Below are positions 10,281 to 22,523 of a stretch of 64,000 nucleotides of DNA, piece after piece (position 1 is the first letter of the stretch; each line of letters opens with the position of its first letter). The notes beneath the pieces were generated by a model. It was not told where the DNA came from. It saw only the letters and a list, made by a program, of their open reading frames with translations, and ran no database searches. The position numbers and the translations under genes were made by a program. The stretch is from Tubulanus polymorphus (lineage: Eukaryota; Animalia; Nemertea): positions 6,944,001-7,008,000 of the forward strand of contig NC_134029.1 in the NCBI RefSeq assembly GCF_964204645.1. Reading direction: 5' to 3'.

Positions 10281-13200
10281 ACCACGATGCGGTGGAAACG
10301 CGCCGTTACGTGGCATCCAAACAAAACATAAATTTCTGGAAAAAAACATTCAAAACTAAATTCAACATGATATACACCGACAACTCAAAATCTTGCGGGT
10401 TTTGTATTTCTCCGAATGAGGAAGTGCCGTTCTTTCAACTGAACTAAAAGCTCGCACAAAATGATCTAATTAAAATTCGATACTTGCTGAGCAATCAATT
10501 CTTTTAATTCTATCTACGTATCACCTTCGCGGATTAAATATTCATGTTTTACCGATAAAAACGCTTGCACAATTTGAATTTTATTTAACGCCAAACACGG
10601 CTACTTTCGGTTATAGAACACGCCTGCTCCCGATGCGTTATGTAACAACGTTGTATTTCGTTGCCAGTTAATCATTTCAATACACCACATTAAGAATTCA
10701 TATGGGATTCTGATTAAAAGTGTAACACGATCGCGTTACAAATTCACGGTTGTTACAACAAGTTTCGTGTTTCATATATAATGTCGACAACATATTCAAG
10801 ATATTTATGACTGGTCTATTCAATATCTTAGTACGCATCTTTTGTCTCGGATTTTTTCCTTTTTACTGCTTGGCCCGTCTTCCCGTGATAAAAATTCGAA
10901 CCTGGCGGCGACCGTAGGAGGTCGGCATGGCTGTATTCGGCAAGTATGTGCACCTAATCGAAGCACATCTCCCTTCCACCCATATACATTTTTTACAGGG
11001 ACAGTAAGTATGCGAAAATTTGCCGTCGTGTGTCTCGGGCGCCTGGCCATATCAACATGTCTTTGCCTCAGTCTCTGGTTGCATAAATCAATTTTTCAGG
11101 GACAATAGGTATTGTGGTTCGTAACACTTTGAAATATTTTGTCTAGCGGTATATTCTGAGCAATGTGTTCGTGGTATGATATAGTAATTAGGTAACTGAT
11201 TTCATTCGCGCCTATTAGGTAAGCCCTTTAGTACCATGGAAATAAGATTTCCTGAACATCCGTTCTAATCAAAGATAATAACCAGGCGAAATCCTCGTGG
11301 GACACAAACCTTAATACTTGAATTTCCGCCGCCGTGCGGTATCAGCATCGCGCTTCATCACATCCTATGTATAATACGGGCATCGCAAGGTGCGCTGTCT
11401 GGTTTTCCATTATCTCTTAACGAACGATAAGTTAATCGAAGGACTCGTTCGGATAGTTGAGTAAACCTCAACTTAAAAAACACCGATGTCCAGTGCTATT
11501 GAAATATCAAGATTTAGAATATCACAATCGATACTAATTTCATCAAAGCTATTTGCGTCCGCTCGACGTCGAGAAAGTTTTTCGCAACTTCTCGAGAGGA
11601 GATGCTTTGCTGAGTTGGTTCAACCATTCTGCAAATTAGGGTGACTCCTTACGTTCATTCAGCGTATAGGGAAAAAGGTCTGATGTTCACTTCAAGGAAA
11701 ATCAAGACGTCTGGAGAGGTCATTAGATCCAAGAACTGACTAGACTGTCGCTCACATAAGTACTATTAAACCATTACCGGTTACAGCGGAACAAACACGA
11801 TTAAATACACGGTCACGATTTTGATTTTGCGATGACTGAAACTTAATACAAATGGGCTTTATCGATTAACAAAATCTCGAAGGAGACTGAAGTTTCGTCT
11901 GGCAATTATCCTTTTGTGGACTCTCGGAACAATTGTCATAGCAATTATTGCCGTTTGGCAGAGCGCACATTAGCATGCTGGACATTCCGACGCTGAACTG
12001 GCAATATGGCATCGGTTCTATGGTTACAGACCGGCTCTTGACCGTTCGAAGAAATCGGCGATTATTGGTGAACAGTATGCCGTAATTGACCGCATTAGCT
12101 GTCCGCGGGGAAAGCCTTGGACATTTCAGATAATCTCAGCGTCAAAGTGAGTGCTAATCTTGCCTGGCTGACGCGCGCGATATCATGCGAGAAATTTTGC
12201 CGATGATAACGTGTGTAAGCTGATTCCTCTAGCGAGAAAAAAATGTCAACGTCTCTGTCGTCTGAACTTCACTACATCGATCTCTTTTTACGTGATTATA
12301 CGCGCGTATGCGTTATCGTTATACGGCCATCAATGCTGTCATGTTCGATACCGGTCCAAATCGGTACAGGTTTTGTTTATAAAGAAACAGATATCACTGG
12401 CGATAATACACACAATCATGCCGATGAGTTTCTTTACCTCCAGAAAACCTTTTTTTGTAAAATAGCGCGAGAAGTCGATCGAAACACGCAACGGAAGCGC
12501 AGACTCACTTGATATACCTATAGATTCCAAAGGCATCCTCGCTTGCCAGGGTTTGGTTGCTGTCCGCCGAGCTCACGCCTTTATGTTGTCCAAGAGCAAC
12601 TTCTGATATTTGAATTAGATTTTAGAATATATTGTAATATAGTCGCACACCTATTCGTTTCATTCAATTCCGCATTTGTTTCCCAATCATCGTCATGGCA
12701 ATATTTTTTTGAGTACCAGGTAACAGTTTTCCGCGATCGTCATCGGTGACGCGTGCCCAGTCAGTCGAAATTTATGCTCTATCAAAATTCGCGTCTGGTT
12801 AATTAGCGTTGGACGTAGTTCGCTAATTAGGATAGCTCGTAATCATAAAGACTAATGAAGCCACAGGAAGTAACATCATCCTGCGAATAAAGGTGCGGGT
12901 TCTCAGTCACGGGAATTGATACCCGCACTCATCTATCATCCATATTTCTTTTCATTCGTTGCTGATCCAAGTTCTATCAGTGAAAATCGATTCGTTTTCA
13001 ATGAGTTAACTCCGAGTTAAATCTCAACTCAAAACCGTGGAACTGGGTCCATAGTTTATCATTCCATGTGCCAATATCGATAAACGTTGTAATCAGAAAA
13101 AACGAAATAACTGAAAATAGATTGAAAATATAAGCCACGTTTTAATGAATAACACGGTGTATGCTAAACATTTATGACAGATGAGGTTTCTACATAATTA

Positions 13201-14019
13201 GTTGCGGAAGTCAACCATCTTATTCTCCAATGACTTTAACTATGATTAAGATAATTTTTAAGTAAACAAAACGGATCCTTTATGATTATTCGTTATGGAC
13301 ATTAATTTTCACTCGATACTTGTGTTTAAACGCTATACATTGAATTTTATTTGTATGGTTTGAATACACATCAACAACATGTAACAGTAAAACCACGTAC
13401 ACATAGAATTACATAGATTAACCTCTGCACAGTGAGCGATCTAAAACAATGTTTTTCGTTGAAAAAAAAACCTGAAACTAGTTCATGGAATGGCAAACAG
13501 AAGTTTCTACGAAAAAATTTTCCCCGAGATAAACGTATCTCTTTATCCGCAATCAGAGAGTTGATTTGGTGCGTGAATAGATCAATACAATCGGAGCACG
13601 TCGATGTAAAGACTGTTGATTTTTTGAGTGCTTCGAGCGCTCTTGCGTTCGTTTTTTAGTAGATTCGAAACTAATGATGGGCGACCACTCGGGATCTGCA
13701 AAGTCTGAACTCAAACGAGCGCTGTCGTGTTTTACGCTGATAAATGAGTTTATAGCGCGATCGCTATTAGACAGACCTGTTGCAAGTTTCCTTCGTTTAA
13801 ATTCACAATCGCGATTCGATTGCGCTTTCTACACGTGTGGGAATCACGCGATAAGAAAATCTGAATTGCTGAAAATTAACTCCGTCGAGAATTTCGGTAA
13901 CTGAAATTTTCCTAAGGTTCTTATTTCATTCAACCTCTTGTTAAATCCCTTAATCTGTTTAAGACCTAATGTTGGTTTATCATCTTTCATTTTTAACATT
14001 AAGATAATTTTCGATTTGA

Positions 14020-14357
14020 AGTAAGTTTATAAACTGTTAGCCACCGTTAACCTTAAAGGTTTTTTATACTTATCTGGACTATTACAAATTAATGTACCCG
14101 TCGTATATCTACGTTCTGTTAATCAGGAGAGACTGGTTGTTCCTATTTTTCTTGTCTTCGTATGGTGGTAGGGCATTCTCCACATGCTCCCAGATGGTGG
14201 AATAACCTTCTCGCGGGCATACCGAAACCCCATGTCTTGTAATTCATCAGGCACTCGAAACAGTTCTATTCCGTGCTAGCTTTCTAGAGCGCATTTGAAC
14301 TTTTCTTCCGCTATATAAAGTTTTCCGCTATATAAAAGACAATCTATCATTATTATG
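14020..14357 (+). mobile_element. degenerate 3' fragment of an L2/CR1-group LINE
   Basis: Frameshifted translation YLSGLL...YLRSVNQERLVVP...SSYGGRAFS..APRWWNNL matches the ORF2 C-terminal motif LRS..L.VP..G.RAFS..AP.LWN.LP; ends CGCTATATAAA...TCATTATTAT. Confidence 0.75.
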
Positions 14358-17300
14358 TAGATATCTGTTTCGTCCATAAGGCTTCGGAGCTATACAATGA
14401 CGGGGAATTAGCAAAGAGGCGAATTTAATGATTCGACCTCATAGTTAGAAAACGACGAAGAAAGCACTGTAACGAAATTGATAATTTCTATCCGAGTCTA
14501 CATTCTACATTCTAGCTTCAAATAAGTCTACGGGAAATTAATGCGAAGCTCAAGTTCCCTATAGCGACATGAAATTCACGTTCAGAGAAGATTCAAAGGG
14601 GTTGCAATAGCCATAAAAGCCGCGAAGCAAAAGAGATCTTTTCGCTTATACCAAAGAGAGCCCCTTTAATAACAGTTATCAGTGCGCGTTCCGTACAATG
14701 AACTAAATTTGATGGATTTTCTGTGTTTTGCTTAAAATATTCTTCAAGACTGAATCACCCGCTTCTTAGTTTCCATGGATACACGAAAACCCAGTCGGAA
14801 AAACGAAAATCTTTTTGCGGCTATGAAAACGTTTCAAACGTGTCAACCCATTATCAGTGCGTCTATTTAGCGTTGCGAAGCGTCGAACACTGATGGTCAC
14901 GCTATTGACGTTACCAAGTCGCAAGAAAGTCGTAAAAGTTCTCTTATGAAGAAACTATCTTTGATCTTGAACCTGAAACTATTCCGGAGTCGTTTCTTGC
15001 GGAATAAATCCGTCGATGCGGGGATAATCTCGCGGTTCCCTGGTGTATACGCAAAAATCAGAGCCGATCGGGTTTTCGATCGTTCTTCTGCTGCGGTTGT
15101 TTCGTGCGTGGTATAATATCTGACGCGAATGAGGCCTTTTCCTCTTCATTTACCGTTTGACAAATTCGTTTTTAAGAAAGAAGGTTTCCGTTTTGAAGTT
15201 TTTGAATTATCACTAAAATCGGTTTTCGATAGTTTTTAATCCCGCAAAGCATTGATTTATTTTGAAACGATTTCCTTTTTCTACGCATAGACAGACAGCG
15301 ATCATTGCAATTATATCACTCTCCGTCAGACGGAAATAATTGAATTCGTTATTTTTTATAAAGATGAATTTTGCGCGAATCCCCATTTCCATGTTACGCT
15401 ACTTTTTGTTAGTTATCAAACTTGCCATCGACGAAAGGAATATTACGAGAGAGAAGACTTCCGGTTCGTTTTTTTTTTCTAATTTGAATTGAGAATGGCA
15501 TCTGCGAAGTTAAATCGATATGGTAAATAACGCGCAGAAGACGCTTCCATCGTCTGTCAAGCACGTCGAGCACACGTTCAAGCAGGAAGTGAAACATCGC
15601 GTAAAAGATCTCTATTCAAGTAGACTTCCGAGTTTTGAAACATGATGTTTTTATTGATTTCCTGGGAGGTCTAGTTTCAGTTTATTTCGACCTTTCAATT
15701 TTCTATCAGTCACTCTTGTCAACGAAGTTTCCCTTTCTCTTGATGTAAGAAATTTTTCTTTCATATTCTGGCCGCAATTTATGATATTTACAATCAATTT
15801 AATGGCTTCACAAAGCTTTGAACTCCCCAACTTTTTCATAAGTAACAGATACGTAGGCCTTTCCCCCTAATTCCCCTTATCCCCCTTAAGACCACAAAAA
15901 GTTTTTGACTCCACTGTATCCTTGGTACTGGATGGAAATTCTTATAGTACCAAGGATACTGGTGGCGTCAGGCCCCTGTGCTCTAATTCAATTGTAAATT
16001 CTTTGACGCTGTCCAATTTCGAAAAACGTGGATATCGCCAGCTCTCATCAGCGAAACAATTTTTTTTTAAAATATTTATACATGATGTTGGTTCCGAGGG
16101 ATGATACAATGCGAGCCAATAGGCTGTACTTAGAAATTTGAGGCACTGAAGCCCTGTGCTTAGTGCATCGGTGCAATTGTGTAGTAATAGAAATAGAATA
16201 ATACTAATACTAATACTAATGATAATGATAGATTGTTATTAGTTTCTGTGAATTACTAGAACTTTCATCCGTCGTTAGCAAATATTTTCGTACAATTATG
16301 AGTAGATTTATCGTCGGTATTTTTAACGTCCGCTTTGGTGTTAATTGAGTGCATAGATATACATTCGACCATTACGCGACGTCGAAGTAACATATTTCCG
16401 ACTTGTACCGATGTTAATTAGGCGCTGATGAATATAAAGTCAAACAATAATTTGTCCGCGTACGCCGAATTGCCGTATTATGCGATGTAAATAACACAAC
16501 GGAAGAGAAATCACGACGAAAGAAAGCAGTTTGTGTTCGAACGACGTGACTCGTTGTCGTAAAACCAACGAGCCATTTGTGCCGGAAGGAAGCAATATTG
16601 ACGATTACGCTAATATGACTTGTGTCCGGCGACGTTTTATCCGCGTATCTTTACATGACCAATCGAAAATTACCTGCCATCTCGTCTTTTTTATAATACT
16701 AGGAAATAGCCATCTTACTAATCCACGTGATACGACAACGGATATGGGGGCAAATGTTGATTATTTGATTGCTAATTCTATATTTACATACAAGATGTAT
16801 TTTGCATGGATAGATTTCACATTATTCCATCAACCATAAACTATCATTTAGGGGTGGGCTACTTCAAAAATCATACTTTTTTGGTTGTTCGTGAAAATTG
16901 AAAAGAATCATCAATATGAATTAGGGGTGAGTGACGATTTATGGCGGATATCTACTACTGCTGGAACGGTTAGGAAATCATTTAAGTGGCTCTTCATTGA
17001 CAGCTGAAAGGTTTATTCTATTTCTATCCTTTCATTCGTCATTTCAAAATCTTTTTTTTGAAGCTAATGTCTTCTGACTGTTTAGCAGTTCCTTGATTTC
17101 TTCCCGGCCTTTTAATCCATTAGGTTAGATGATGTAACGTTATTGGATTTTTAAAGGACATAGTGACGTGTTTTCAATCCTCCACAGCATCTAACTGTTC
17201 TGAAAAAAAAGAAATGAACTGAAAATCGGAAAATTCTTTATGACCGTTCCTTGGAGAAATTTCCACATGCATTTATTCACTTATGTAAAAATCCTGGAAA

Positions 17301-17769
17301 AACAAGCGCAGTGGCAACTGTTGATAACGAACAATTTAATCGGTCCGATGCTTTCGCAATAATACAGGATTGTACCCTTGGTTCGAAATCGCTTTTGAGT
17401 AACGAATCATCTCATTTTCGAGCATCTTTCGCTTGGTTGGAGTCTTAAAACGTGTAGGATAATCGAACAGTTGATAACTCGGGCGATTTGTCGTGTGTGA
17501 TGATCTATGACGAAGAATCCCGTGAAAAGAAATCAGATACGTTGCCTAATGGCTCAATTGATTTTACGATTGATTTTCTACTTTCGTTATGGATTCCATG
17601 TTTGGGAAGCATTTGTCGATGACATCTTTACGAGGAGGCGAACAGCCGTTTGTTCAGTAAAATCACGAACGCTTTCCGCAAAAGCTGTCGGTATCATACG
17701 ATACGCCAGATAAAACTACGATTATTACCTAGAAAAAGTGTCCGCAAATTGAGCAAAATGTAATGCTAG

Positions 17770-17970
17770 ACTTGAGCCAACACGGCTCTAATTGCTAGGG
17801 AAGCAGAGGATCGTTTTATACCGAGGCAGACATTCTCTTCACCAAGAACCTTAGTGTCTGATGTACCACAGTTGGTTACACAGGATCGTAGAGCAACGTA
17901 GATACACTGTGGAGACAGCCACTGCCAGGACTGGGTGAAACATTCTCCAGACATTAAGAATAGAAGAAAA
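17770..17970 (+). mobile_element. possible degenerate LINE ORF2 fragment
   Basis: IAREAEDRFIPRQTFSSPR resembles the ...FIP.K... linker between the endonuclease and RT domains; interrupted by stops. Confidence 0.3.
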
Positions 17971-18678
17971 TGATTGAATCGTAATTTCAACTTAAACGCC
18001 CCGTACCCCACGGTTGTGAGTCCGCGGGTAAATGGTATGTTCGGTTGTCATTTCCGGTCACTACGTCGATGTCTTATTTGCTGTTTGCTCGAGTAGCCGG
18101 TTGATAGATTTGTCTCTGTAAGCATCGCCCGACATCTCTTTCGTATATCCGGTCCCCTGTCCAGTTTTGAGTGACTGTAAATAACATTCCTTTCCATATT
18201 CTATTTGCTTTATGAGATCTAACAAGAATCCCGCGGGTCACGCGGCTTGACTGACAGCCAATAAATGAAACTTGCATATGATTTTTGTATGCTTCGATCA
18301 AACACTGTTTCGATTATATTGATCATCGATCGTCAATCATCCCTGATGAAGTGAATTTTGACAAAGTCTTGTTCGTCTTGTAATCAATTTTCCGACGGGT
18401 ACAAACGTCGATCGAAAGCGCGTAATATGTGGTTTTTGTAACCGAACCACGTAGCACGCACCGTAAGCTCCTTTTAATCTGTAAACGATGATCAATAGTT
18501 TCAAAACCATTATATGGTTCAATATCAAATCGCTTGTTCATCAATTATCTTAGACACATGCGTTAAGATCTGTTTTGAGCTTTCTTGAATATGTGAAGGG
18601 TGAATAGAAAACTGTGCTATATTGAGAATTACGAAAGATGAAGTTCGAAAAGTTTTCTTTTAGCTAATAGTTTATTTG

Positions 18679-18720
18679 ATTCGACGTTTCGACTATAATC
18701 TAATAGTCATCTTCAGGAAT
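18679..18720 (-). ncRNA. minimal type I hammerhead ribozyme (Penelope-like element/retrozyme type)
   Basis: Minus-strand RNA AUUC-CUGAAGA-U-GACUAU-uagauu-AUAGUC-GAAA-CG-UC^GAAU: complete core, 6-bp stem II, palindromic ACGU at stem III, stem I AUUC/GAAU, followed by AAUAAA. Confidence 0.85.
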
Positions 18721-19833
18721 ACTGAATGAAACAAAATATGAGATATTTACATGTGACAAGAACAAACAGACGTATAAAGCAAGAGTGAAGGAAACTAGGG
18801 GTATTACAAGATAGAAAAGTTACGAACTAAAGAAATCATTAAGTAAAGCAAATTAGGGGGTAATTATCTAAAACAGTGAATATAAGCAGTAACGATAAAT
18901 GAATGAAATCAAAAGCAAAGGAAGCAACAACAGGATCAAAACCAGGATACATTAGAGTCTAACCAAATTTGCTGAGAAATTTAGAAATAAGTTGGTAATA
19001 AAAACTAAATGGTTAATCGTGCTGTTATAAATCGGATTCAATCTATACAGTGTACATACGTATAGCGATGGCCGAATGTGATCCAAATCGGCTTATACTC
19101 AATGGTTTTTGAATATTCATTTCTGAAGACCTAAAGCGTGCGTGATAGAATACATGGAACATCTAAACTGACCTCTCATATAGATGTAAGTTGAAACAAC
19201 GTGTGGACGTACACTGATCCATATCTTTGTGTTACAAGGAATCCAAGGCTACGTACACGAAGGCGCTAATAAGTCACAAACTAAATAACAAGTGACGAAA
19301 TATAACCGAAGTGGAAGTAATTTGTGTACATCTTGAGAACAATGGCTACGTGATGCGGAAACCTGTTATTAGAGATGATTGCTAACCGCGGGCAACTAAT
19401 ATCACCAGTACTACTCCTGAGACAAATGAGAAAGAGAAAGGATCCGGTATTCCGATGTTAGAGATGAGGTCACTCTGAAATCAGTCGACGGAACTTTATA
19501 TTAGATTTATATCGAAGACAATAGGCGCATTTCTGCAATTAGGCAGTGTTTGTAGAACGGCAGAGATAGGCGCCTAAATAGAAATGAGATAAAAAGATCT
19601 CCCTGGAGAAAATAGAGAACAGAGGAAACATCACTCAATGTACAGAGACCCAGACACCGCACGTACATGTATGAATTCAGTCGGTGTTCTAAATACAACC
19701 ATCGACGCAAAAAACAGTTCTCGTGTTATCCTCCGTCTGTTATCTCTACACATGTCTTCGCAGAACAGGGGAAAATGATTTTGATCGTCGGTCAGATAAG
19801 TTGCCGTTTTGTTTGTTTACTGTTGCGTCTTTC

Positions 19834-19843
19834 GTGACGTCAC
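19834..19843. promoter_or_regulatory. CRE palindrome GTGACGTCAC
   Basis: Perfect CREB/ATF site about 265 bp upstream of the candidate start at 20106; function not shown. Confidence 0.35.
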
Positions 19844-20105
19844 TGATGACCATGTGAGTGTATATAACTAGACGATGCGACCCATAACAAGCGCATACGA
19901 GTGTTTGGATCGCGTTGATCAAGAAATATTCGTGGTACGGTCTTTGTTTCGATAGTTTCAAACCAACTCTGCAGTTGCTTGTTAAGGCGTATGAATACCC
20001 CAATTATCGACAAATTTCAGGGTGATATTTTACTCGAAAGCGTTTTACTTAGTGATGCGACCGCACCTTTAGTTAACCATTCACTGGGCGTAACGCATGT
20101 TGGTC

Positions 20106-20229
20106 AGTTACCGTAATTATCAAGTGACAGTGTAACTATTCATGATTGTCGCATAAGTAAACGGGGGATGCAGAGAGTGTTGGTCAAAGCAACGGCGCAG
20201 CTGTGAATTACCTAGCACATATACGACAG
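20106..20229 (+). other. candidate non-coding first exon of the SK gene
   Basis: Initiator-like TCAGTT at 20104-20109 and a perfect CAG|GTAAGT donor at 20230. Confidence 0.45.
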
Positions 20230-21339
20230 GTAAGTTTCTACGCTATGTCGTGACGAGTATATACTTATGGTGTTCGGCGTAAAGTGAAAACTTTTGGCCG
20301 TTGTTTTGAAATAAGTTTAATTTTTCCGATTAGCTTTAAACTAAACGGTAGCAGTCGTGTAACTAGTCCGAAAAATTCGACTTTAGTGTGACGAACAAAA
20401 AATTTCCTCTGTGAAAAATTTGTCGCGAGACGTTTTAGGAACGTGTCGAATTTGGCTCCGCTAATGCTAAGTTGTCAAACGACAACGATTTGTATTGATC
20501 ATTTCGGCTGTCATTTTGTTTTGTAGCTTTGGATACATCGGAGAATCGATAAACGTTGATACAGGTTTCATTTATACATATAATATACATAAATATCCAT
20601 CTCCTGGCTCTGTTTCATCATTCCCTCGCTCTATACAGAGAACACAGAGACTTCGTGTTTATATAACATTCTTAGACAATTCAGCGTTAGAAAGATAATT
20701 GTTCTAATGATGGTAAACATGTATCCACGGCGTATAAGCGTTTATTATCATATATTCTAAAGTCGATGTTTTATGCGCAGGATACATTGTGGTTTGGGCG
20801 GCAATCAAAACAGTCGCAATTAGTGCAACGCTCGAAGTAATGCTACATCGCATGGGAATAAAATGATTACAGCACCACCATCAAAAGTATAAAAATGCAT
20901 TTTTTTCATGTTTGGCGCTGAACTAGCGAATCACAAAATGCCTAATTTAGTGTGCAAAAAATCGGCGGGCTTGATTATCACCAACTTGTACTAAACACCA
21001 CACCAGTTTTCGCTTAGTCTCGTAAAACCTATTATACCTATAACCTATCCATCGCAGCTGTCACCAATATATCTCATTTGAATCAATCAGTCAATTAAAA
21101 TGTCGATGCAGTCCACATGAGACGTATATACATGCATATATGTATATATTGTAGGTACGTATTTTTTCCGATGGTAAAATATGACAGATGTCTCCAGCTT
21201 TTGACTCCTTTTAACGAACGCGCGCTCGTTTTAACCGCGAAACTAAAACGGGTATACTCCGGTTACGAGAAATAGTTAAATCAAACTTGATAGGCAGCTG
21301 CACGGTATGCAAAATCGCCACTATATGATTTCTAACCGC

Positions 21340-21730
21340 ATACTAGAAAACAGGAAAACTAACTTGAAAGTTTATTGAAGCCTTAAAAAATAACACATAT
21401 ATTGCGTAAAATTATATATTACTAAGGAACGATGAAAAGTTATTTTGATTCTAAATATATAGATAATTGAATTGAATTGACCGGCAACCAGTCTAGTCCC
21501 GATATGTTGACGACGTAGTGCACATCCTCTCAAAAATAATTATCAAAATTTATCAAAAATAAGATAGGAGTTAAGAAATATATTTAATTACAAAATAAAC
21601 GTCAAAATTCATTGTTGTAATTGTAATTTTGAAACGCCAATATTGATGACGTAGTGCACATCGACTCACACAGAACCCCTTATATAACGCATACTACGTA
21701 TCAAAGTATACTTCATTGTAACGGTTTTAC
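21340..21730 (+). repeat. dispersed repeat, copy A
   Basis: Reverse complement of 32490-32925 in colinear blocks (e.g. TTGAAAGTTTATTGA, GGCAACCAGTCTAG, GAAACGCCAATATTGATGACGTAGT); internal duplicated GACGTAGTGCACATC. Confidence 0.88.
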
Positions 21731-22302
21731 GGCGTGAAAAAGTTATTTCTTCTGTTATATACTAGAATAGAAGAAAAAAAGATATTTCAGTTTCACTGTA
21801 GACAGAATTAGCGAACCGAAATAGCCAAAGCTGGATGAGACTGGATTTCTTTTTCACCCGGGCCAGACAAACGGTATAAACGGTAACGATACCAGATGCC
21901 TTACCAATAAGCTTAGGCAATCCTTGTAGTTCTTCGGATTGCTTCTCGTTAAACGTAATAAGTTACATCTTCTGCCGACTGACTCCTGACTGACTTTTCA
22001 AATGCCGATTTCATTTCATCACTGCGGTGAGATGAACCTTGCGCAACGAATAGTTAGTTGTTTATTTGATTTTCTAGATCGGTGCGCAGGACCACCTGAT
22101 CGGCGTCTGAAATACTTTGAATATTTTCGATCATACCCGCAAGCAATACGTTCACCTGGCAGACAATCTTAAAAGTATGAAATTCGTATCATAGTTATCG
22201 GTGCCAATCAGATTATTAGGTTTCGATCACCGGCTATTTTGTAATTTTTGGAGCTTTTAGATGATATGAAATCGCTGTGGAACATCGTTGGTTTCGAAAA
22301 GC

Positions 22303-22523
22303 CAGGGGCGGATCTAGGATCTGATTCAGGAAGGGGTGCACCCCCAATCAGGGCATATCATATAATTAAAAGGGCATTCATCGGGAAATAGCAAGTCAAT
22401 TTTTGAAATAAAGAAAACAAGCTTATGAGCTTGATATTTTTCATTTTCATGCGAAATTACTGGGCAACTTGACATTTTTAGGGGGTGCGCGCCCGCTGCA
22501 CCCTCGCCTTAGATACGCCCTTG
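22303..22523. mobile_element. non-autonomous DNA transposon, CAGGGGCGGATC family
   Basis: Terminal inverted repeats CAGGGGCGGATCTA / TAGATACGCCCTTG with a GC/GC 2-bp duplication. Confidence 0.8.
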
